Positions 48,959 through 62,600 of a stretch of DNA of 64,000 nucleotides are shown here, piece by piece. The notes beneath the pieces are model-generated. The model searched no databases, had not been told where the DNA came from, and saw only the letters and a program-made list of their open reading frames with translations. Both the position numbers and the translations under genes were made by a program. Position 1 is the first letter of the stretch. Every line of letters begins with the position of its first letter. The stretch is from Fistulifera solaris (lineage: Eukaryota), in NCBI GenBank assembly GCA_030295235.1, contig AP026139.1:124001-188000 (forward strand). Direction: 5' to 3'.

Positions 48959-49257
48959 TGCGTTACCTACAATGAAGTTTTGCAGATAAATGAAAATTAT
49001 GAGAAGAGTTACGTTTGTAAACTATTCGAATGAAAGTTTTCACAAAAGTCGATCTAATCGGAAAAGGACTCCCGCCGGTCGTGGGAGTTCAAGATTCAAT
49101 TCCCACCAGTCGTGGGAGTTGTGATGTAGACTCCCACAGAGGATTCCCACACGGGTTCAGGATCCGAAGTGGGAATGTTGTCCTTGGTCTCGGCCCGATA
49201 GGGTTAGAGGCCGTGATTCTTAACTGCATAAGGTTCAGGTTAATCCTGGGCATTGCA
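48959..49257 (-). repeat. 5' LTR
   Basis: Direct repeat of 43955-44253. Confidence 0.97.
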
Positions 49258-49525
49258 CACCTGACCCTGCAGCTCTCTTTGTTCAGCAGCAGTGTCTTGT
49301 GTCTTTATTATTATTTTGTCTTTTGGACTGTTTCACCTTGTTTGGATGTCAATCGCATCGTCGCTCGTTGAGATAACATGATAAAGATCTCAGCAGTCAC
49401 GCACTGCAAGTCGGTGCTTTGCCTTAATCGCTACCAAGTAACTTCTCTGAATTTTAAAGTTAGTGGTTTATAATTGCATTTAGAATTCTTAATGCTTGTC
49501 TCGAAAAATGAACGCGACAAATTCC

Positions 49526-52350
49526 TTAACGCCACCGCCCGGCATCTGAGCGGCCCTCTTGGCGACTTCCACTGCTTCGTGCATCGTATCTACCGCCGCC
49601 AGGGTATCCACCGGCATCGCCTCCGCCAAATCGACGTTGTTCACCTGTTCCTCCACCGCTGCCGCCAGTATCACCAGACCGACCGCGCAGCGCGGGTGGC
49701 ACGTACTTGCCCTCCTTCTTCTTACGATCCTCGTCCATTCGTTTGAGCTCAGCCTGGCGTCCTTTTTCTTCGGCGGCTTCTTTTTCGCGTTTCAGCTTCC
49801 TCACGTTTTTGTTTTTCTTCTGCTGCTCTGCGTTGCTCTTCTTCAGCTTTTTGTCGAGCCTCTTCTTCGGCTTTGCGCTTCGCCTCGTCTTCTTTGCGCT
49901 TACGGGCCCGTCGAAACTTAGCACGTTCGGCCTCCGCGTCGGCATTTATTTCCGCTTCTGCGCACAAGACGCTGTGCTCTGCTTCGCGCCAGGTCATGAC
50001 CATGTCTTCGAATTTCTGACAATAAGAAAAGACTGTGTGCTTCTCCAGTGCCTTCTTGGCTTTAACGTCCTCTTCCCAACGCTTCTTGGCGATTTTAACT
50101 TTCTCTTCATTTTCTTTCTCATAGAGATCCCGGTCGTGGTTGACTTTCTCTTCGTACTTCTTTCTAATTAGTGGCAGTTCTTCAATCCGAATAGCCCGTA
50201 CCATATAATCCAGCTTCTTCGCTGCTTCTTTTGTTTTGCGCTCGGCTTCTTCCTTCTTTTTGTTGAGCTTTTCTTGATGCTCTCGCTGAAGCGCTTCAGT
50301 GTCGATCTGTGAAATCTGTTCATCTGTCATAGCTTCTGTGTCCTTGCCCATTGCGGTCAAAAAGCGTTTCTTTTCCTGATTGTCTAATTCCTGCTGGATT
50401 TTGCGCTGTTTTTCCAACTCACGCAATCGCTGTTCACGGGCAATGCGCTTTTCCTCTTCCGCTTTGCGCGCCGCGTCTTCCTCGGCCTTGCGCTGTGCAG
50501 CTAGTCGCGAATTTCTCCTGTACGTCACGTTCCGCCTGTTCCTTACGCTTTTCAATGAGCTCTTTACGTTTCAACAATTCGGTATGATCATCTTCAAGAG
50601 ATTCACGAATGCGCTGATATTCACTCAAACGGTCTGTCGGTGCGGGAGGGTGAATACTTTTAGCAACTTGTTCCAGCGACTTGCCCAAAACCGTCAATTC
50701 GCGATGAATCCCAATCGATGGTGGCGCCAAAGCGTAAGCAACCCGCACGGTGGTCAATACGGACGGTGATGGCCTTGGTCTGCGTAAATTGCACCAGACT
50801 CTTTTCAATCTGATGAAAAGTGATACCGGTGGTCAATCGTTGCAAGTAGTCCAAGCTTACAGTATGATACGCTTGATTGAGATTGACAATCAACCGAAGA
50901 AGCAACACGTTTTCTAATGGCTTCACGTAACGTCCCAGAGTATTGTCTGCAATACCAGTATCCTGGTCGTACGTGGAACCGACTTCTTTCTGCAGACGCT
51001 CTAGCAATGGCTGTGTCTGCTCGACCATAATGACAGGGTCCTGGGTTTGTTCCAAAAGATTGTAAAGATCGCGCAGATAGTCAGGAACCTGGTCCAACAA
51101 GTTTTGCTCTTGATTTCTTGAAGGAGGACCTCGCGAGTTGGATGGCGCGTGTGGAATCCAAGCAAAACGGCCATTCGTGACATCTTTTGCTTCATAACGT
51201 CATCCTGAAAGACACCGCCACCATTCGAGTTGTAATTCGGCGGAATACACAAGGCAGCCAACAAGACAGCACTCGCTTGACGCTGTTTCATTTCTTCGCT
51301 CATACCTCGGTGAAACTCTCGGCACAAACTGTAGTACTTGTACCAAGCAAAGGCGTGGAACAAGTAGTTTTCGGAAACCCAAAACAGGGTAGTAAGCTTC
51401 TCGTAGTAGGCAGCCATCAACTTGGCCTTAGGTGGTGTCTTGCCACGACCAATCTGTAGAATGTTGTAAATATCCTCAACTGTGCGAAAGCCTTCAGTGT
51501 AGCGATGCAACACACTAGCCGTTTCGAGCTGTGCGAAACGAGTCTGCAGATGCAATTCGACACTGTCTTGCGACCATCCTTCCCAACCTCGAACCTGAAG
51601 TAGGAGGAAAATGTCAAAAGTGAGAGCAGCGTTCACATTTGATTATACAATCATGTCAGGTCGTCTACGCACCTTATTGGATTTGATGTCATCATCTCCT
51701 CCATACTGACGCAAGTTTCCTAAATGAAGGCGAAGCATGTCACACAAATGACGAAATTCCATGCGGCGTTTGTATGTCTGACAAAACTGCAAAGCGTTTT
51801 GAGCAGCAGCATGATAAACGAACTCTAACTTGGAGTTGGATCGCAAAATATCGAGGATCGCTCGGTAGGTTTCCCAGAGGAACTTGAGAGAAGGCAGCAA
51901 CACCGTAGAATCACGTTGCGATTTTGCAGGGTCCGTGCTCATTGTGCTCAATAGGATGGCTTGTGGGCTAGCCGCGAATCCCTCCTCTTCGTCATCCTCT
52001 TCTGCGGTTCGACTTTCTAGCTCCATCGCAAACTTTTGTGCTTCATCGCATTTGCGCTCCGCTTGCTCCATCAGATAACGAATCACCTTTTCCAGAGATC
52101 CCGGTGCCTGCGACTGACTCAAGTTACGATACTGGTGTAATCCATCCTTTGCTTCGCGCGATTTGTGCAGATCCAAGCACAAATCCAGATAAGTAATCAT
52201 GATTTGCTCGTAAGCGGGGCTCCATGTACGGTTGCGACGATTGCTCAATACCTCATGCAATAACGCGAGTGCAGCGTCTTCCTGTCGAATTTCCCGCAAT
52301 TCCTGGGCCCTTCGAAGGGCTAGCTCCGGCTTGTAATGAAAGCTCGACAT
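49526..52350 (-). CDS. eIF3a: Translation initiation factor eIF3 subunit a, one intron, several frame breaks
   Basis: KPELALRRAQEL, AKDGLHQYRN, LKFLWETYRAILDILRSNSKLE, LQTRFAQL, VRIDHRAGCLRFG (PCI end), LDYMVRAIRIEELP, E/K/R coiled coil, GKYVPP tail. Confidence 0.95.
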
Positions 52351-52570
52351 TGTTGCGCTTGTGAGAAGATCGGTAAGGGAACAATTGCAACAACCGCTCT
52401 GTGAACGTAGCTCTCATAGTTGTTTCATGGCGGCAAAGCATCGCGGATTGCCTCGTCCGCTCGTCCTCCTGTTAAGCTCATATCCTATTATTCTTGAATT
52501 CTTGATCACTCAAAATTCTACAGTGAAGTGCGAGTCACGAACAAGCTTCAGTCACGTCATTTAGTTCTCT

Positions 52571-52752
52571 GATTGATTGATGCTGGAGTGTATGTTTAAC
52601 AAGTAGTCCCCAAACACCCTGGCGAAGTCATTAAGATACTTTTCACCAAAGTAAAAAGCCTAAAATATAATGATGACCGACAAACTCTCCCCCCACACCC
52701 CCAATTGTCAAAACGAACGTTCCACTTTTCGGATTGATTGATGCTGGAGTGT
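52571..52752. repeat. 21-bp direct repeat GATTGATTGATGCTGGAGTGT
   Basis: Exact copies at 52571-52591 and 52732-52752. Confidence 0.85.
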
Positions 52753-54530
52753 TGGTTAATTTTGTCTACTTTGGCTTCATGGTTAAAAATTGTTAGTTAC
52801 ACACAGTGAGTTAAATCTCAAGGTAGTGTTTGCAATATATGTTCGACCTCCGTCAATGTTTCAGTTTTCCAATGCAATGAGTGAAGCTTCTTTGGTACCT
52901 GGTACGCTAATTTCGCTACAGTGTTCACTGCTTTGAATAGCAGTACACTTGAAGCAAAGACAGTGCTTGAATCGATTCCGTACAAATCGCGGAAGAGTCA
53001 GATATTCTTTGCCAGCAAACCTATCTCCCACAACGGGACATCCAACATCCAACTATCTTCCGAAGAGAGTAGCAAAGAAAGCGGATGGAAAATAATGTTG
53101 AGATCTGTTCCGAGTCCTCAAGGCAATGGATGGTTACCGTGACCATGTCCTTCACCTGTGTACCTACTTTTGTCGCCGAAGGTCACTTTGCGCTGTACGT
53201 CGGGAAGTAGACTTGGCAACGGTAAGGTACCAAATAAGCAGACCACTGCACGGACTACGGGGAACGGCGTTAAAATTCTGCCTCTTCGTAGACGCTACGT
53301 TGAACCTTGTACTGGGAGGCAGAATTTTAACGTCCTTCCCGGAAAATGGACACCCTGGACGCGAGACGCGAGCTCGCGAGCTCTCTCTCTATCAACTCTC
53401 GAGTCTCGAGACGAGTAGAAACGTGAAGCTCGTAGCTCGGAGACTCAGACTCAGAAATGCCCTTTGCAACAAGTACCCAGTGACTCATCATCTGTCCAAA
53501 TAAATGTCGAATCATTGCACCTTGTACATTGGACGCAAAAATTCTCAGAGGGTGGGGCACAGAACCTTCCACAGTCAAGACTGGCATCCAATACGAACTA
53601 TAGAGGCTTATCGCAAAAATCTTATCATTCCCGCTGTGTTTATCATATTCATTGTAGTAAATCAGTAAATCGGAGTCCTTGCAAGAGTCGTTGTGTACTG
53701 TGTAGTCTAATCACAGAATTTTTTAAAACTGAGACTTTTCAGACTACCGATGAGCGAGACATTCTCCCACAACCGGAGCGTGGAGCGTGGACCTAACATT
53801 GCGCTTATGGCAATTTAGCGTGTCTTCCCAGTACCAGTTAAACTTGTGTCATTTCCAAAAGTATTGCATTTACTTCTGACTTCTGAATGATTCATGCGGT
53901 GCAGCAGGTGTTACGTGCTAGTTGTTTATGTTTTTTAAAGAATACATGGCTGCAAGACCCAATGGTAGGAATGATTTGCATCCATTAAGTCCAAATTCCA
54001 CCAAACTTCGCCGTTTCACCGGAGTCTGGAACGCTTGGGATCTGGGATCAAACTAAATTCGCCCTTGTTTTTTTGTGACATACCAGTACCACATTACAGT
54101 ACGGAAGACGAGACTTTGATCCTTTGACCCGACTTGTGGCGATTGGCAATTGGCAAGGGGCATTTGAATGCTGCATTGTGGAAGCCGAACGGAAAGCACT
54201 TTTCACTGTCACAGCTAAAATTTTAATACTGCATTCCTTATTAGGTATTGGTAAGAAATGGACATCACGGGCTTTATACCACCTTCATGGCGGTAGGCGG
54301 TTTGCGGTATTACGCCTCGACCAAACGTTCCTTACTGCCCTTTGTACGGCTATCGGCCATTCCTCCACGGAAAGTACTTCACGGTTCTTCACAGTTCACG
54401 GACAGAGTTTTTGTGCTGAAAAACGCAAGGCCTAAACAAGAAATTCGTTCAGCAGGTCAAATCAATCGACTTAATCGCTCGTCCTCTACCATTTACCATC
54501 CCTCGAAGACTCTTTCGAGATTTATTTTAC

Positions 54531-56440
54531 ATGACTATGGCCCCACTCTCATCATCTCCAAACGACAAATGTATCGAACTTTGTGACGAGGTGGGCCCTA
54601 ATGCATTAGTCAACAAAAGGCAGCCTTCCCAATCTTTGTCGAGGATATCAAGCAAGCGCTTCGATTGCGGTCTTACAAGCGAAGTTACCGACTCGCAGTA
54701 CATGTACCTAGAAATGGATGCAAAAGACCTCAGTCAACATCGATTCTTTGTGGACCATCTTGTTTCACCTTCTCGGGAAGGAAGCAGAAAGCAAAGTGTT
54801 TCGTCTCCTCCAATTAAGCCTGTTCGTAGAAAAAGCAACGAAAGCGGTCAAAGCCTCGATGCATTTCAAGATGGCGACGATCGTTTAGACAGTCTCAGGT
54901 ATGATAATGAAGAAAATTCGTTACTATTTCTTTTCAAGGATGAAGAAGAAAGCGTTCCGAGCATGCCGAATCTTATTCGACGCTCAACCTATCCCGAAGT
55001 ACCAACCCGGAAGCCTGGCAGTCCATCTGCATACGAAACGCTTTCTTTCTCGCCGGAACAAAAGAAAAAGACTTTCCAAATTCAAAACGCTCCACCAAGA
55101 ATCATTTACATTACACTACAAGATCAAAATCCGCTCAGTGACGATGATACGTTGTCAACAGGAAACACAGTTACTAAAGAAGGCGTTTCGAATTTGATAT
55201 CTATCGTTATAAAAACAAAATCATATTCCATGATGAGTGAAAAAGTTCAGCGCAGTCGCCGTCCAAGCCAGTACGGAAAAACTATGAAGATGAACCTACC
55301 CCACGAAATGCGTCCTTTGGATCCTTCCAAGCTTTAACATCTCCTAAAATGCTTCCCGCAATCGCAACCACCATTATCAAGCCCACTGTATCAATTGCTG
55401 AAGATGATATTGTATCTATGCACCATGTTACAGAGAAAAATAGTCTACTATCATCCGCGTTGAATTCAAAATCTACAAAAACGACTGCAACGCAGTCGCT
55501 TAAAGTTGATCTTCGAGAATCCAATAGCAACGGCGCAGATCAAGAGAACCCTCCAATACCTTACGATGACGAAGTGGATAGTCCCCTCCTCGAAAAACCC
55601 TGCTCGTCACGTAAGAACATGTTCTTTCCGAATCTGAAATGGGACGACAACAAGGTGAAGCAATCCAGCAAAACCCGGCGAAAGCGGAATACGAAAAGTC
55701 CAAAATTGCCGGACGAAGTAAAACCCGAGTGCTCAGTGATGTCTAAGTCCAAGCGATCTGGCGATCCTCTTCGTGGAGTTGTGCCAAGTAATAAACATCG
55801 GCCTGATCGGCCCGATAAAAAGAAACAGAATTCTAAGAATGGCGAAATATCCGTTGTTTCACCTGATCCACCATCACGGTCTCTGGTGCCTTCTGAAGTG
55901 ACTGGCAAGTCACCTTTAGAAATATGCTGCCGTTGGCGTTCGTCTCCCAGTGTCGGGCTGAAAAACATTGTCAAGAGAGTGTACTCTTCTGAACGCATGC
56001 CAGGTAAACCGAAAAGAAGCTTCAGTAACAGGCAGAAACAAACTCGCAAGATTCGCCGCGACCGGCCAGCTGGGTCAGTATCATGGCGACAAATTCAGCC
56101 AGTTCGCAGTTTTGATGCGGATCTAATGCGTCTTTTGAAGCGAAAAAACTGCGTAAAAGATGTGCATTCAAGAAATCCACTAGTCTTAGTACGTTCGTAT
56201 CCAAAGGAATCAGCGCATCCTTTCAACCCTCCTATTTCATCCTTACTCGACTTTAATGATGGATATCGCAAGAGCCCGGCTGTCGTGGATGGTATGCCTT
56301 TTTCGGAAGAAACGCTCGGATCGTTGAATGACACTCGAGGATGTCACCAGGCAGCTGATAGCCAACAAGGATGCTCTCCAGAGTGCACCTGCATGACAAT
56401 CACGGAATGTAAGTTAAGGGGTATGACGACTGGTCATTGA
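54531..56440 (+). CDS. Ser/Lys/Pro-rich disordered protein(s); two abutting ORFs, possibly one gene
   Basis: ORFs 54531-55337 and 55349-56440 are 11 bp apart with similar composition; PPIKPVRRKS, CRWRSS and PGKPKRS motifs. Confidence 0.55.
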
Positions 56441-56634
56441 CATTCTCTCGGCTTTAGAAATTGAGCTTTGTGAACAAGGGTAGCGAAATACTGGAGTGCT
56501 CTTTCGTTGACTAACGCGTCGACACGCACAAGCCACATTCAATCATTTGGCAGATCACGACGGCTTGTCCAATTATAATGCAATAATGCTCTAGCGAAAT
56601 CTTAAACGTGTCAGAAAAAATAGCTAAAGATTGC

Positions 56635-59600
56635 TTAAGCGAACAGAAAAGCACTTCCACCTTCATTGATTGCATAGGAAAACTTCGTTCGCATTTCATC
56701 TTCACTCTCGTAAACAGGTAGATCCAAGGAATTGAAACACGTATGCGCCGACATTAGAGCCCCTTTCGTCCCGCTCGCTTTGTGAATGCTGAATTTTTGA
56801 ATTCCGCGCATCCCTTGAAGCTCCGCAAAACCGGCAAGGGGGACCTTCGAAGATCCTGTAACGAATTGCAAGAACGCAGCTTTTTCGTTACGCGACAGCG
56901 AAAACATGATTTTCCAAAACCACTCGATTTGCTCGTCGGTTGCTTTCCAGCCAACATAGTCAGTGTTTGCTTTTAGATCATCGACGTCGATATCAGGCAT
57001 GCCCGAGATCAGAAGTTCAAGCTCGCGAGGAGTAAATATAGCAATCAGTTCTGGACTGACGAGCTCGTAAAAGCCGTCTAGGTAGGCTTTGATTTGGTTT
57101 TTGATTGCAGTTGTCATGCGGTGTTGGCACACCAGTTTGACGTACTTCTCCTTGTTCTCGTCCACTACAGGAGTTTTTCGTCCATTTGGAATAAGATCAA
57201 TGACCTGGCTTCTGCCGAAGGAATGATCCTCGATGCTGAAAGTAAGATCCAATCCAATGTCTTCGAGAGGATATTCAAGAATTGTCTTCAAATTGCGGTA
57301 GTAGTCCGGGTCGATTGCTTCCATATCCTCATGCGTCGGTTCTACGCCAAGCATATGCTTGTAAAGGCTGCGTGTAAAATGAGCGTCGAGAAGAAAGCCG
57401 TCCACAACTGCTTTGCCCACAATGCGCCCCACAAAGCGGAAGTAGCTAAGATGATCAGGATTAATGCTGCTGTTTGGATTGGGTTGAAATGTGCATCCAT
57501 CCTCTGTGGCAGTGAATAAGGCATAATTAGGATTGAAGATCTCTTTCGCAAGAATAGCAAAAATTCACGCGATAACCCTCCTGCATCAATGCCTTCTTCG
57601 TCCCTGAACGTTATGTGAAGGCGACCACGCATCTCTTCGGCATTTCGGAGTCGGAGCTGATGATAGGCGTCTTCAAAAACATACTTGCGTCTGATTCCAA
57701 GTCGTAGACTTTGGTGGCCATGTCGTCTGCTCACTTGCTGACGAAGTCGTCGCACTTGAGATCTAAACCATTGACGTTTCACGTCAAAATCAAGGAAACA
57801 CCCGACAGCGAGGAACTTGAACCAAGCATTTTAGCGCCTTATCAAGAAGCCCGGGATTGTTCCGGACGAGTGCGTTAAGGAGCACTTTGTGTCTGGAAAC
57901 AAACAACAAGACAGTTTCCCCTTCAACAAGGTCTTTCACATGGATTTCTTGTTTTTCAAAGTGCCCTTCCGCGTCCTCGATCTCAGCAGGACGGGTCACG
58001 CTTGCATTGGCAACGAAAAATGCTTCAACGCTTGGAAGAAAGCGGGTGAGCAAGCCTGCAGCACTATTTCTTAGTTGCTTAGCTTTATTTCCGTTCTCGT
58101 CGTTGTTTTCGTTGTCTTGCCTTGCGATATCAGCTAAGTCTTCAAACGATTTCACACCTTCAAGCAGTTGAATATCAGTGAGACAGCCGGAAAGTTCCGC
58201 CCACAGTCCACTAAACTCCATTTGGCGCAACAGATGGACCAGCTCATCCGTCACAAACAACGCATTTTCTCCCTTTCGACTATTTTCATCCGTTCCGTCA
58301 CTGCAAAGCGCTTGTAGAGTCTGTAGGACCCGAAGTAGCTTCAGCTCGTTGGTACTTGTCGACAGAGTAACGGAATTGAACACTCCTGTATCTTGATTCG
58401 ATTCTTCCCTTTGAAAATCCGCAGAGGTACTTTCTTGAGGCTTCTTGTGCGTCAATGTAGCTTCCATACGTATCTTTAAACTTCGTAAATCACGTAGTGC
58501 GTCAATCCCCAAACCGTGTGCAATAGAAGCAAGCTCAGATAGGATGTATCCTCTGTTACTGTCGACTCTGCACAGCCTCCTCACTATAGTATTCACTTTA
58601 CCAAATGCAGAATCTCTGCAACTTTCCATTCTTAAAATAGAACAAAGAAGCAGTAGATAAGAAGGGGGTATGTCTACCCTCGGAATATCAACGTACACTT
58701 TCCCTGAAGCCTCGGCCGCATCAAGATCGCGTTGCGGGATGTCAGTCTCTTCATCCGGTAGCCTTGCAATGTGGGAAAAAGGCGAAACAGCACATTCAAA
58801 ATAGAAAGAAGAAGTTCGAGATTAGTTGAACTTTTAAGAATCACCTGTTTTCGTAGCAATCCGATGAGCTGCTCCAGTGGAGTCTTCTCGGCAGGTTCGC
58901 CCGATGGCGAAAGGGTTTCCAGACAAAATCTTGGCGAATTTTTACAGAGCTGGGTGACCATTTCCAGCAATCTTGTCACCACGATTGGTGGCAGGGTAGT
59001 ATCATTGAATTGTAGAACTGATGGAAGATTTGCGGCCACCGAAGTTGTGTTGCCAAAACCGTATCGATGCCTAAGAAGTGACGCGGTCATGCTTGCATTG
59101 AAAGATTCAGCTTCGAGTGCATCCGGAGTCGCTCCTAATAGAGTTTCTGGAGGAAATATTGACAAGTCGCGAAACTCATCATCCATTGCCCTTCGCCATT
59201 GGTCCGAAGGCAAATATGTCAATCCGAACTTTTCCAGTGCGGCGGATATTCTTACCGAATTTTCGTTAAGTAAAGCCAGAAAAGCGTTTAGGAAAAACTC
59301 GCGTAAAGTGGGGATGCTGCAGAAGTTTTGTAGAACTTTCTGCATCAATCGTTGCGGACGAATAGGGGAAACCAGGAAAAATAGCTTGATAAAAAGCTGT
59401 ACGTCGCTTTTACAAACAGGTGAAAAAAGCGAATTGGGTAAATAGACAGTATCGTCCAAATCCTTTTCGACTTTGAATTTTCCCGTTCGTTGTCGTTTCT
59501 TCTGACCAGGCATTTCAGTAACAGTTCCTCGTCCTGTTACTGCGAGTCTTGATGAAACAGTTCCGTCGACGCCGACTGCATTCCCTTGCTGCGTCTCATC

Positions 59601-62600
59601 AACGCTCTCGGCAAAAAGCCTACCATCCCTGAGACCTGATGCTCTTTCACGTAAAACTTGTGCTTCTGCAACTACATCCGGTGGTAGACTACTAAGAACA
59701 CTGTTGTCCGCAGTAAGGAGAACTTCTTCTCTGAGTCCTGGGGCAAGTGACGCAATGAAGCTGGCAGTGTCCATTTCTTCCGCGTGCGACGGGTCCGCAG
59801 CCCCGTCTCCTTCGTTTTGCTGCCTTGCGCGTTCTCTCTCGATTCTATCTTGTTCAATGATATCTCTTCTAATGTCTTCTGGCAGCTCTGCAAGTACAGA
59901 CGGGTCAAGAGTCGACTCGCGGAGTTCCATTTCAAGCTCCTGGGTAGCATTATATTGGGAAACACAATCATGCTGCATTTCCACAGGAAGGCTATTAAAT
60001 ACTTCAGGATCAAAACCCGGTGGACAGACTAATCCATTGCTGTTTTCTGCGTGGACTGGTATTGTACGGTCGGTCTCTACAGTGTTGGTGTCTGCTGTAG
60101 CATCCGCAACAAGCAGCGAACTTTCTTCAACGGCGCGAGCGTTGATCGTATCTTCTTCTGGATCATATTCCATGGACTCTGTATGTGCATCATCATCGCC
60201 CTCTCTTCCAGCGGATTCCGAATAGATAGATGGTCTTTCGACTAAACGCGCGATTTCTTCGTCATGAGGCGAAAGTCGCAGACCAGCTTCCAAAGAGGAT
60301 GCCACACGATCTCCTTCACTGTTCACACTCTCATGATCATTGGCACCAATGTTATTCTGTAAGTCGACTTCATGGTGTGAATTAGCGGGAAGGGAGTCGG
60401 GTCCGCGAACTCGTTCGGTAGAATTTGTATCCATGCCAACTTCAAGTAAGTTTGTTGTAGCTGTCTGCTGTTGCAATCGCCTAGACTCGTCGCTCGCCTC
60501 TCTCAAAGCTCGCTCGAAGACGGAACTGAACTCATGTGCAGTTGCATCAAGTGGAAGACCATCGTCAGTCCATCCTATTGGGCGTTCTATATTTCTATCG
60601 CCCATTCCACTAAACGGATTGCCCAAATTTGTTCTACTCGACCTGACAATGTTTCCATTTGATGTTGACACTAAGTAGCCACCTGATGGGAACGAAGCAT
60701 TAAACCAGTCACCAGCACGGCGAGTAGCCATTTGACCTCGTCGTGTGGCGCGAACACCATGGGGCAACAAATCTGAAACAAGAGAATTTATTGGCGGAAG
60801 TTCAACTCCACACAGAAGCGGGTGAAGAGAGAGCTGTGTGCGCGCATTAGTTGCCGACGCAGGCCCACCAGGGAAGAGCTGCAAATCAAGCTGAGTGAGA
60901 TTAATCAGCACATTTGCATTCGCCTCATCATGAGGTTCTTGGCTTTGGACTAGATCGTAGTTTCTGCTCCCTGACGTGACAGAAGGGCCGCCATATATGT
61001 ATTCCATCGAACTGGCTTCTCCCCAGTGTCCACCTCTGCCGAACGCTGAGTAGCCCACCTCTGGCCGACTCCGCTGGTGAACGTGAGGCAGCGTACCGGT
61101 GAGGTCGTTGCGACGTTCCAGGCTACTTGATTGGGCTTCGTCTACAACACGAATCCGAGCTCCATTGGCAATTGCCGTCCTCAAGCTACGACTGCCTGTC
61201 ATTATGCGAATGCCCAAAGATCCCTCTATCTCGGCTAGCGCTTCAGCACTTATATCTGTATCCCTCAACAGAGTTCCGATCATAGCTTCAGTGGCATCGA
61301 TTGCACCGCCCTGGCGACTATCTGAAGAGCGGCGGGCGACTCTGGAGCCCATGAGCATGCCTCCAAAGCCCGTCGAATCGATACGAGTCCAGCCGTCCTC
61401 TAACTCATGTTCGATACCTTCCGCGCCTCCTCCATCTACTTCGTCATAGCCCATCTCGTGACCGTCATTTTCGTTTCCTCCATTGTAATTTTCACCGTAA
61501 TCTATAGCCCACTGCTCTTCATAGTCTATCGCATTACTCCCATCCCTACTTGATTCATCCATTTCAGAAAGTTCCTCCTCCTCATCATCTTCGTCGTCGT
61601 CTTCTTCTTCCTCCTCCTCATCTTCGTCTTCTTCCATGCCAGAATCGTCCGATTCGTCAGTAGCACTTGAATTGCTCGACTCGATGCTACTACTCTCTTC
61701 TTCAACATCGTCGTTGTCAACTGATTGTTCTCCATCTTCATCCATGTGGTCGGTCGCGTTATTCTCTACCAATTCGGAGCCATCAATCATCACGTCAAAG
61801 TGCCCGCTGTCATTGACTTCGGGTATGTAATCACGTATGGGGAGAACGTCGGCTTGCTCTTCACTATTCATATTTTCAGAAGGTGTGATTTTGCTTTCTT
61901 CACCCGACATCGACTCTCTTTTAACCAATTCATTCAAAGCGCTGGTCACAGCCGGGCGCGTCAAAATTTCAAAAGGATGCAACAACATGCTACAAGTGCT
62001 GGAAGCCATCGGATGCGACAGGTTCACCCGTTTCAGTGCATAGAGAAGAGCGTGGGCCATGCCATTATCAAGCATCACTCTGATAGTCTCCAAGCTGAGA
62101 GAAGCCGAGCCCTCTAAATTTCTTCCATTGCTTCGAGGGGCAGCGAAGCCAAGACACAACTCTCCCCACGCTTGCAACGCGGACAGTTCGCTAGTAGCAC
62201 ACGTTGTGCTTCCTAATGTTTTGGTTGGCGGCATCGGACCATGCCCTAGTCGCCCACCGCTGAGGCAAAAGACTAAATCGGCTACTACACGTTTGCGCCC
62301 TTCGCCAGGACGTGCCACAAGAGCGGCCAAAACGCGCGAAGCAGTCTGGGAAATCTTAAGCACGCGGAACGCGCGAGCTTTCTTCTCTTTAATTAAGGGT
62401 GATTCGACTTTGTCGTCTTTCTTGCGATTCCATAATTCGTGATCATTCCGAATAGCCCATCGGTCTTGAGGCAGCAACTTATGAAGAATGAAAGAGACGA
62501 AGGATTTTGATGGGACGAGACAACCATCGAGCGCATGGACGAGCTGGACGGCAATTTTTTTGGAACGGTTTAATTTGTAATTGTAAACAACTGATACGCA

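Larger units (their letters stand above)
43955..49257 (-). mobile_element. Full-length Ty3/gypsy-type LTR retrotransposon
   Basis: Two 299-bp TG…CA direct repeats; 5-bp TSD CACCT (43950-43954, 49258-49262); minus-strand order gag, PR (LFDSGS ~47570), RT (YIDD ~46505), RNase H, IN (HHCC, VDLIGPW); purine tract GAGAGGCAGAA next to the 3' LTR. Confidence 0.97.
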
